This document shows positions 54,064 to 64,000 of a stretch of 64,000 nucleotides of DNA, piece after piece. Made by a program: the position numbers and the translations under genes. Each line of letters starts with the position of its first letter. Positions within the stretch are counted from its first letter, which is position 1. Source of the DNA: Vicugna vicugna (taxonomy: Eukaryota); assembly GCA_013265495.1 (NCBI GenBank), contig MU057733.1, positions 186,001-250,000 on the forward strand, written 5' to 3'. Under the pieces are notes generated by a model that saw only the letters and a program-made list of their open reading frames with translations, did not search any database and was not told the origin of the DNA.

Positions 54064-54496
54064 GTAAGGACTCTGGGATGAACTGGTAAATGGCTCTAGC
54101 CACTAATCCCAAATTTGTATTTGAATTAGTGATAATGCGATGTTTGTTGAGGAATGCCAGCCTGGGAGTCAGAATACTTAGTAATGTATAAAACAATCAT
54201 TTATAAAACGTCTTACAGTTTTCTTTACCCCCTAAGCTGGAAGAAGGAGGTTTTGCAGTGGGTGACCTCTCAAGTCTTTTCTAAGAGTGAAGTTCTGTTG
54301 TTCTAAATTTCTGAGTTATCAGTAGTTGATACAGCTATTTTGGCCTATGAGGGTATTGGTTAAAAGTCTCTGGGATCCAAGTGATAGAAACCAGTTTAAA
54401 AAGTTATTTAATTCCACAAGGGAACTCATGATAAAAAGATTCAATAAACAAGGTTTGGAAAGGTAGAAATATAGTAGAGTGTGAAGTTAGAGGTAC

Positions 54497-55530
54497 GATG
54501 TTCACTAGGCTACCTTCGCTTCTGACACCAATTTCAGGACTGGGAGTTCCCTAAGACTAACCTTAGTTCTGATAAATTGGCTACAGGGACTCACAGAACT
54601 CGCTGAATGCCATTATCCTTAAGGCTTTGGTTTATTGCAAGGGAAAAATACAGATTAAAGTCAATCGAGGGAAGAGATTCATGATGAAGAGTCCATGAAA
54701 ATTCTAAGCATGGATCTCCCTCTTGTCCTTTCCCAGTGAAGTCCTGGACAGCATGATTTTCCTGGCAATGACATGTGACAATATAAGTGGAGTGCTGCCA
54801 ACCAGGGAAGCTCACCCGAGCCTCGTTGTGAGGAGTCTGTTGGAGCTCCACAGTCAGCTGGCCCCAGGGATGACCTCAATCTCCAGCCCCCACTAGGGTC
54901 AAGTTGTTGCCCCATGACTTGATAATAAATGGCTTTGCTAGATTTTCTAGTGTGGCCAGCGGCGCAAGGAAAACAAAGACACAGGACTCTTGTCAGACAG
55001 GACGACCCAAGGGCTTAGCGGTGACCTCCCAGGGCCAAGGGGAAAGGCCAGAGCTGTCTCTGGGCAAACTGGTTTATTGCAGGGGAAAAATACAGATTAA
55101 ATCTATCGAGGGAAGAGATTCATGATGAAGAGTCCACGAAAATTCTAAGCATGGATCTCCCTCTTGTCCTTTCCCAGTGAAGTCCTGGACAGCATGATTT
55201 TCCTGGCAATGACATGTGACAATATAAGCGGAGTGCTGCCAACCAGGGAAGCACACCCTAGCCTTGATGTGAGGAGTCTGTTGGAGCTCCACAGTCAGCT
55301 GGCCCCAGGGCTGACCTCGATCTCCAGCCCCCACTAGGGTCAAGTTGTTGCCCCACGCCTTGATAATAAATGGCTTTGCTAGACTTTCTAGTGTGGCCAG
55401 CGGTGCAAGGAAAACAAAGACACAGGACTCTTGTCAGACAGGATGACCCAAGGGCTTAGCGATGACCTCCCAGGGCCAAGGGGAAAGGCCAGAGCTGTCT
55501 CTGGGCAAGGTGAAATTCTGTAGCACACAC
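54497..55530 (-). mobile_element. MER21-like LTR carrying an internal 442-bp tandem duplication
   Basis: TTCTGACACCAA...GGACTCACAGAACTC.CTGAA...TGCCAACCAGGGAAGCTCACCCGAGCC resembles MER21. Confidence 0.65.
54628..55508. repeat. Tandem duplication, 2 x ~440 bp (54628-55067 / 55070-55508)
   Basis: Direct alignment by eye, roughly 18 differences. Confidence 0.95.
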
Positions 55531-55581
55531 AGGGCCTAAGGAGGAGGTGGAGCCCAAGACTGAACACGATTGGGACTCCAA

Positions 55582-56137
55582 GTATATTAGTTTTCCATTG
55601 TCCCCGTAACACAGTACCACAAATTTAGCATCAAGAACACAACTCGTTATCTCACAGTGCTGTATGTCAGAAGTCTGGCTGATTTCTCTGCTTCAAGTAC
55701 GGCAAGGCCAAAATCAAGGTGTTGGCCATCTCCATTCTTAGCTGGAGACTCTAGGGAACAATTCGCTTCCAAGTTCATTCAGATTGTTGGGAGACTTCAG
55801 GGATTTTTTCAGTTGTAGAGCTGATATTTCTGTTTCTTTGCTGGCTGCTAACTTAGCTCTTCAAAGCCTCTTGTTCTGTCTCAGAGCCGGCAGTGCCTCA
55901 AATCCTTCTTGTGTTTGGAATCTCTCTGAATTCCCTTCTTCCACACCTCTTTTCTGCCTACAGCTGGAGAAGGTTCTCTGCTCTTAAGGACTCACCTGAA
56001 TAATCCAAGACAGTATCCTTGCTTTAAGGTCCATAACCTTAATCACGTCTGCAACGTCCCTTTTGCCCTGCAGCTCAACAGACTCTACAGGTTCTAGGCT
56101 TCACGGTGTGAATATCTTTGTGGGGAGAATTCACACC
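55582..56137 (-). mobile_element. MLT1 LTR (right part duplicated)
   Basis: TATATTAGTTTTCCATTG..GTAACACAGTACCACAAATTTAGC terminus. Confidence 0.7.
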
Positions 56138-56565
56138 ATCTCTTATCTCTTTACGTTTCTCTGTGCTTTGGCTTCATACGACTTCAGGGATTTTTTTCAG
56201 TTGTAGAGCTGTTATTTCTGTTTCTTTGCTAGCTGCTAACTTAGCTCTTCAAAGCCTCTTGTTCTGTCTCAGAGCCGGCAGTGCCTCAAATCCTTCTTGT
56301 GTTTGGAATCTCTCTGAATTCCCTTCTTCCACACCTCTTTTCTGCCTACAGCTGGAGAAGGTTCTCTGCTCTTAAGGACTAGCCTGAATAATCCAAGACA
56401 GTATCCTTGCTTTAAGGTCCATAACCTTAATCACGTCTGCAACGTCCCTTTTGCCCTGCAGCTCAACAGACTCTACAGGTTCTAGGCTTCACGGTGTGAA
56501 TATCTTTGTGGGGAGAATTCACACCATCTCTTATCTCTTTACGTTTCTCTGTGCTTTGGCTTCAT
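55793..56565. repeat. Tandem duplication, 2 x ~385 bp (55793-56177 / 56180-56565)
   Basis: Direct alignment by eye, about 5 differences. ORFs 55784 and 56118 share an identical C-terminal peptide. Confidence 0.95.
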
Positions 56566-56718
56566 GAATTTCTCCATGACGTGAAGAGCACAGCACTGAC
56601 AGCCTCCAGGCATCAGGGACTCTCCATACAGATGCCACAGGGGCTGGGCAGGTAATACCAATGAGCGAGGTGAGCTGGTGTAAGAAAGTGGTGAGTGCTG
56701 GCCATGTGGGAACTAGAG

Positions 56719-56915
56719 CAGAGGATGATAAACTATGGCCAGGGGCCAAGTTCAGCTTTCTGGCCAGTCTTAGTAAATAAAGTTTGTGGATCTTCGGTGG
56801 CTGCTTTTGTGCTATGATGGCAGAATTGCATCATTACAACAGAAGACCATATGGACTTGCAAAGCTGCAAGTATTTACTATCTGACCCTCTACAGAAAAC
56901 ATTTGTCAACCCATG
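56719..56915. mobile_element. MER58A-like hAT-Charlie MITE
   Basis: AAACTATGGCC...GTAAATAAAGTTT...TATTTACTATCTGACCCTCTACAGAAAA..TTTGTCAACCC. Confidence 0.75.
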
Positions 56916-58573
56916 AATTAGAAGATGCATTCCCCATTTGAGGCCACCTCAGAGTTCCGGCCAGTGGTTACTGTGAAGGAATATCTACCCAGCGTTGCCA
57001 AATCTAGTTTTTTCAAGAGAAGATTGAACTCAAGACTTTTATATAAAATTTTCTGTTATCTAAGTGTCAACTCATTCAAACAAGGTTCCAAACACTGGGA
57101 AGACTAATGAGAAAACATCTCCTGGTCATATTGGCTTCTCCATAGTTTTTGGCCTTTGTTTTGTATAGTTTCAGCCAGAAAAGAGAAACGAAATTTACCG
57201 CTTTTTAGTCTCATGTCAAAATACCTTGAGGAAGGAACTGTGTCATGAGCTCACTTTGTACCAGTTGACTACGGCTAGGAGGATGGGTACAACTATTCAT
57301 TGACTCAACTTGGTTAACTCAGAATCTCCCTCTTTGGCCCGGGGCTAGATTAAGTTTTCCACAGGCCTGAAGTATCAAAAAGTTTAAAACTCCAAACAAA
57401 CCGCCAATACGTAATTTCAAAATAAATATAAAAAGCAACCCCCAAAATAAATGTAAGGAATTTCAACATGGTATTTTCTTCTCTGCAATAGCTACTCTGA
57501 ATTTTAAAAAATAATATTTTTTTTCCAAAGAAATCTTCCCCCACACCCACTTTTTATTGGTTTTGTTTCTGCCCCGGCTTTTATACCAGGCTATTCTGAC
57601 ACCTGAGCTTTCCAGCGCTGCTGAGTTAGTGTGATGTGGCCAAAGGGTGGGGCAACCCATCTGTGGTCACAGGGCGGCTCTCAGAGCGGCCAGGAAGATG
57701 AAGGAGAGGGGCGTGCAGCCCATCCCAGGCACGTGCTCTGTGTGCTGAACGTGGACTCTCAGGAACCTTTCCTTTTCTGAAATGAGTTTTCTGAGAGCCC
57801 AGACGTCCATTCCACCTGCCTTTGTAAGTGACCAAAGCTCACTCTCTGTAACTGAAATGTGCCCTCACTGTCACTGAACACGGATGTCTCCCCAAGGCCT
57901 TTGCTGGCTAGAGAGCCTCAATGCTTGCTTGGATTTTTTTTATGTTTTTGTATTTTTCCCCCTAAACGCTCACAGCAGTAGAACCTTCTCTATAAAAGCA
58001 CATTGATTTAATTTATTAGAGCTCTGAGGGGATAGGAATGGAGAGCATCTCCCAGGAGTCAAGTGTCAGAACAGCAAGTGAGCCCTGAACTGCCAGCTGC
58101 CTGCCTGCTGTTCCCGCGCATCTGGGGAGGGCTGGCCAAAAGGTCCACTTGCAGCTACCAAGTGTGATTTATTTGAAGAAAAGAAATTCAGACAATTCAG
58201 ATTAGTTGGTACCTTAAAAATGAAGTTAGAATTGGATAAGGTCCTCATACTTGGTGACAAACAACTTTTAAATGAAAATCAATACTTAGGATACATAGCA
58301 ACATATGTGATGCCAGTTTTTACTTTTTAATTAGACGAGGTCAAGTCACACAGGATGCCTTAATTAATTATTGAATTATTAAAGGAATAGTGAGTCATGT
58401 CTATGACATAGCTGTACTGCTACGGGTACTGAGGACTCAGCGGTCAGTAAGTAAGTAAGTAAGCACTCCTCTCCTGGAGAGCTGACACGCAAGTGGGGAA
58501 GACGGGCGGTGAACATGTAACTGTAGTGCGGCAGACGGCAATAAGGGCCCTGAAGAAAATGGAAACTGGTTGA

Positions 58574-58950
58574 TGTATGATGGCCTGAATTGTGTCTCCT
58601 CAAAATTGGTATGTTGAAGTCCTAATCCCCTAGTACCTCACAATACAACTATGTTTAGAGATGCAGTTTTAAAAGAGGTACTTAATGTTGAATGAGTTCT
58701 GTAGGGTGGGCCCTAAGCCAACATGACTGGTGTCCCTGTAAGAAGAGGAGATCACGAAACACACGCACACGGAAGGAAGGCCGTGTGAAGAAGGTGGCCA
58801 TCCACAAGCCCAGGAGAGAGGCCTTCTGAAGGAACCAACCTGCTGGCACCTTGATCTTGGACTTCCACCCTCCAGAGCTGTAAGAAAGTAAATTTCTGTC
58901 TAAGCCTCCTGGTCTGCGGCATTCATTACGGGAGCCTGAGCAAACTAACA
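58574..58950 (+). mobile_element. MLT1A/B solo LTR
   Basis: TGAATTGTGTCTCCTCAAAATT..ATGTTGAAGTCCTAA...GGCACCTTGATCTTGGACTTCC...GAGCAAACTAACA. Confidence 0.8.
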
Positions 58951-61105
58951 TATACGTTTGCTGTCCAGCCGTAGTGCAATTTGGTCATCTTAGAATAACC
59001 TGTGGTTGGACCTGTCCACCTTGTGATAAACTCTCATAGAACTGGTACTTCAGGTGATTGGGTTTTTTTCCCCAGCACTTTCATTATGGTAAATGATCTC
59101 ACCTTTACATCTGATGGCATGTTTACTGTCTATCGTTCCCTCGCTCAATAATATAAAGCTCTCTAAGAGCAGGGCTTTTTCTTACAGTTTCCTGGATACA
59201 TAAATAGTGTGTGGCAACCAATACATATATAATTTGAGTGGATAAACATTTTCCTTGTTTCAAAATCACACACTGCAGACACTTTAGAAGATACAGATAA
59301 GGCAAAGAACTAATATGATTACCTATGACCTTATTATTGGTGAACCAATAAAACAACTTTATTCCTTTAATAGGAGATGTCTCTGATTTTTCATGTTGTT
59401 AATGTATTTATAGCTTACATGTGATTGCTTATTGTGTTTAAAAGATTATCTGAAAATGTCTATATTTTGAAATGCCTATACATTTTATTTTCTTTAAGGA
59501 GAGTTATTCATCTTGGGCAGAACACCCAATACTTCAGAATAGGTTGGGAAGAGGGCAACTGCTAATTTAGGGTGAAACACTGTGGTTGCGACAGCTTAGT
59601 TGTTTGTCTAAATGGAAGGTGGTTATAAAGCCTTGGATCCTCAGAGCAGCATGTGTCAGTGAGCGTATCAGTGACGGGACAGCATCTCTAACATGTTTGC
59701 ATAGGTAGAACCAGTAATTTGTTTTCCACATGCTTCATGTACTTAAAATCTACTTACTCTATGTTTTTAAACTGTTAAATCTGTATGTTTTTAAAGTCTA
59801 ATCATATCTCAGACATCACTTTAAACTTCCAGCTGCTCAACATCAGTGATGTGACAGATCAGTGGGTGTTTAGATTCAGACACGATCATGGTGCCGTTAC
59901 AGGGTTAGAGTAATTGTGCTCACCTTGTGCATTTAAGAAGCATTGAGATGGTGCTTACTGTCTTCCAGGAACTGTTAAATAACTGTTTAATTATCATCAC
60001 AAGCCTGTGAAGTAGGTAATACTGCGTCAGTGAGAAAGCTGAGGCACATAAGATAGCCGAGATAAGAAAGTTACCAAGGCAAAGGCAGGATTTGGAGGGA
60101 GAGAGATGAGCTTCAGTGCTTGTGCTGAATCACTACCATCTGCTTCCTCTCCTAAAAGTTCAGACAGTAGCGAACATTGATGATGCGTCCTGTGTGCCCG
60201 GTTCTTCTGTATGCTCTAGATATATTCAGTCATTTTGTGGTAATGAGCTACCCATGGGGAATCAAAGGGTCTGGATTCTAGTTTCAGTTTTGGCAATGGA
60301 CTGAAAGCGTGATTCAGGAAACCCCATTATACTTCTCTGGTACTCATGCTGATGAGTTGCTTAAATTATAATTTATCTCCAAAATCTCTTCTAATTCTGC
60401 AGTTTTCGATTTTTGGCTATCTTAAAAGACATGAACATTTCTTTTTAGTTTTCTAACTTTTAAAATTGGGCTTTCAGTCTAGGTTTTTCATCCCCTACAC
60501 TCTCATCCTTGAAAAATACTTTTCTTTGCTCACTTATGCAAATTTACAATTTGACAAAGAGATGTAGATGTCTTAGATTCAGATGCCACTCTAAAGGTAT
60601 AAAGCCCTTTTGGCAAACAAAACAAAACAGAAAACAAAAAAGCAAACCCACGGACAATAAACAAAAACAAACAAATAATTTTGCCATTAATCATGCAGGA
60701 GCTTTTAATTTAGGTGACACCAGTTAGTTCAAGAAGCTTGAAGTCTTTTCAATGATAGTCATCTATATAGAGCCTTATATGGTGCCAAAGCTGTCTGGTT
60801 ATTCAAATATATTCTAATTTCCATAAGCAAAGGCATTTTCAGTAAGTACTTACACATGATATTGTTACATACTTATGCAAATAGTATTAATTTCACCTAG
60901 TCCCAAGCGTGGACTAGGCTGTTTAGAGACGGTGTTCTTGGGACTATGGTAAAGGCAGAGTAAGAAGGGTAAGATTTCCAACTCTAAGCCAATGGCACAA
61001 AAATATGACGCTTTTGATTGTAATGAGTAATTCACTGTTCTCTGGCCTCCTTTGGTTTCTCAGTCCATCATGATCTAATGATTTAGACAATTTTTTATTT
61101 TCCAG

Positions 61106-61272
61106 ATAACTCCAGTGACAGCACCCAAATGCCTACTGCACCTCAACTCTCCTCTAGAATGAAGCACATCAAACAGGAGATGGCCAAAAATCACCTTCAG
61201 TTTGTGCGATTTGAGGCGACAGACCTCCACGGTGTGTCCAGGTCTAAGAGCATCCCCGCACACTTTTTCCAA
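61106..61272 (+). CDS. LGSN: Lengsin coding exon 4, start of the GS beta-grasp domain ([56 protein letters not shown]); gene continues beyond the window
   Basis: TTTTCCAG| acceptor and CAA|GTGAGT donor, 167 nt, phase 1 to 0. [18 protein letters not shown] is diagnostic of lengsin. Confidence 0.97.
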
Positions 61273-62106
61273 GTGAGTTCTGCGAGTAGAGTTAAGATTG
61301 GATGTAATTTCATGACTGTTAGCAAGCAAATGGTCCTTAATACTCTTTCTTATTTTATCATAATCTATATGGCAATTCAAGCTGAAAGTCAGTCATTTCT
61401 CTTATTTCTTCCCTTGTCCCTCCCCAAACACATTATTGTTCCCCAAGGAGCTGAGCATGTATTTTCAGCTCCCAAACATCAATTCACTGACCCAATAGGA
61501 ATACAAAACTAATTAAGACTCATTGATAATTTTAGTCCTTCTGCCTTGAATAATTTCACTCCACAGAATTATCTTTTTTCTCTTACTATAATTATGAAGA
61601 TTATAGTTTGTTTTATATGAGAAAATTACAGAAGACTCAGAAGCAAATGTAAAAGGAAAAAAAAAAGATTAAATAGAATTTGCTGAGTAAAAAGCATACC
61701 CCTTTCAGCTTCGAATTCTGATAAGAAAATACCCTATTGTTGTTGGATGACTTAATGAATGTTATTAAGTTCTCAAGAACAGTAAGATCAAGGAATATTG
61801 TATCTTTGGATATTTTTTGAGACTTTCTGAGGTTTTTTTCAGCTTATGGCATGGGTTAATAAATGATTTACTGTGTTACTAAAGCATCATTTCTTGGGAA
61901 GGAACATCAGGCAGTATTACACACAAAAGTATAAAAATTAAGCCTCCTCTAAGATTATTTCTTAAACATATATTACTTACTAATTCAATATCATATTGTA
62001 ATTCTTCTCATTAGCTTTACATTGGGAAAAACTGGGCATCTTCAAAATGCTTTTTAAAAAATTCCAAAAGGCAAATTTGTTACTGAAAAATTCTTTAGAT
62101 CTGCCT

Positions 62107-62147
62107 GCACATACACATACACACACACACACACATACCCACACACA
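62107..62147. repeat. Imperfect (CA)n microsatellite
   Basis: Direct reading. Confidence 0.85.
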
Positions 62148-63431
62148 AAGGACACAAAGTTTATATATACAGGTCCTTGAGTGAGTTGAAAAATTGAGCA
62201 GGCACTGAATAGTGCTTTACTTATGCGACTTAGTTACTGGCAAAAGCAGACTTGGGTCAGGCAGGTAATATGGCATTTGAAATGTGTAGAGATGGTGGGA
62301 AGTGAAGTGTGGTGGTTCACTGCCAAATGCAAAAGAGTGGGTCAGTAGATTGCTTCTGCTAGCACCATCCCCTCTTTGGTACCCAAGCCAATTTGGCTTG
62401 CAGAATGTTAGTGTTTTATTAACATCACGATGTCCCTAACATTATGGGAACCAAACTTTATAGTCAGCTTTTTCTCCACCCATTAATGTAAACTTCAACA
62501 CATGAAACCTTATTGATGTTCTTATTACACAATTTCTAGAAATTTTTAAATTTATCTGTTCAAATGTATAACCTTATTAATTTCTTGCTGTCTGGCACAT
62601 AGCAAAAGTTAAATAAAAAACCAAATCCATTGACCCCGAGAGGTATATGGCTGGAAAGTGTCCCAGCAGCCACCTAGTCCAGCACTTTTATTTCACAGGC
62701 GTGGAAGCTGAGGCCGATAGTTCAGTGACCTGCCCAACTTCACACAGGCAATTAATACAAGAGCTTGGGCTGAAAGTTAGGTTTGGAGACACCCAGGTCA
62801 TGCTGACTCGAAGGCTGTAACATTTTGGAGACTATAACTTTGGAGAAAAAGGTCCACATGCATGGGCAAGGTTTCTGGGACTCTGCGAGTCTGTGAGGTT
62901 GTGTTTCTTTAGTGGGCGGTAAAGGTGAATAAAGAGGGAAGGGCTGTGGTCAGAAGACCCGGCCCCTCTGCCCTGTGTGTCCTACATGTGACCACAGCCA
63001 GCTCTCCGAGAAGGAATGAGCATTCTTGACCGTAGACTTTGGAGAGTCAGTTAACAATGGGGATTACAATGGAATAAGCCAGAATAAAGCCTTGAGTATT
63101 AGCAACTATGTTGTATGATAAAAGTGCTTTTAAAAGTCTTTTTGGTTATGACATTTCAAGTAATTCCATGACACTTTACCTTTGTTATTAGCTATGAAGA
63201 CATTTTCTTTATCATTATACCTTTTATTTATGACTGCTGTTTTCAAATCTATGAGCACATAAAGCCTTCAAGGCTGACTATTTAGATGTGTTTATAAATT
63301 ACCTTCAGGGTTTTTATTTTAAATGATGTAAAATTTATCTGATATTAAGCTAGTGTCAACCAACAGATGTTAAACATCTTTTTCTCATTAGGAAGGCTCT
63401 CCTACTGCTCCCCCTCCTCTATTTAAAAACA

Positions 63432-63947
63432 TTTTTTAAAATTTATTTATTTTTAATTCAGTTATAATCAGTTTACAATGTTATGTCAATTTCTGGCATA
63501 CAGCACAATTTTTCAGTCATACATAAGTATACATATATTCATTTTCATACTCTTTTTTACTGTGAGCTACTACAAGATCTTGAATATATTTCCCCGAGCT
63601 ATACAGTATAAACTTGTTTATCTATTCTATATATACCTGTCAGTATCTTTAAATCTCAAACTCCCAGCCTGTCCCTTCCCTCTTCCCTCCCCCTGGTCAC
63701 TACAAGTTTGTATTCTATGCCTGTGAGTCTGTATCTGTTTTGTATTTAAGTTCATTTGTCTTCTTTTTTTTTTTGATTCCACATTTGAGTTATCTCATAT
63801 GGTATTTTTCTTTCTCTTTCCGTCTTCCTTCCCTTAGAATGACATTCTCTGGGGACATCCATGTTGCTGCAAATGGCATTATGTTGTCATTTTTATGACT
63901 GAATAGTATTCCATTGTGTAAATTTAGTACAACTTCTTTATCCAGTC
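63432..63947 (-). mobile_element. Camelid-like L1 3' end in LGSN intron 4
   Basis: CAGTTTACAATGTTATGTCAATTTCTGG...GTTGCTGCAAATGGCATT, the same family as 12645-13420 and 25430-25753. Confidence 0.88.
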
Positions 63948-64000
63948 AACCTCCTCCATCTCTTTGTTTTCACATTTCAAAACCTGATTGCTCTATTCTT

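Noticed and set aside
61273..61512. C-terminal extension of ORF 61129-61512
   Set aside because: Read-through into the intron past a consensus GTGAGT donor; lengsin similarity stops at HFFQ.
1..64000. CRISPR arrays, tRNA/rRNA genes or prokaryotic-type systems
   Set aside because: None seen. The sequence is mammalian intergenic and intronic DNA, and the remaining 60-150 aa ORFs are repeat-derived or low-complexity.

Overview
Mammalian genomic DNA, AT-rich and repeat-dense. The young L1 3' ends resemble camelid L1, and I see no Alu, Bov-tA/BovB, PRE1 or SINEC, so a camelid source is likely (inference). The one real gene is the 5' part of LGSN (lengsin, the lens-specific catalytically inactive glutamine synthetase-family protein) on the + strand. 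It has a TATA box at 36102 and four spliceable coding exons (36173-36202, 51937-52066, 53866-54063, 61106-61272; 525 nt, 175 codons, open frame); the last exon lies beyond the window. Upstream are a decayed full-length L1 (~18790-25753) and a 5'-truncated GSE1 processed pseudogene (~25865-27891) inserted into an older L1. The rest is L1/L2/MIR/MLT/ERV-LTR/MER remnants. Oddities include an unassigned ~125-bp sequence present twice in inverted orientation with retroposition hallmarks, two adjacent tandem duplications with the same AC junction filler, two twin-primed L1s (one ending at the branch-point position of LGSN exon 3), and mosaic L1s. I found no convincing novel protein-coding system. 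Repeat names and boundaries come from recognition by eye and are approximate.
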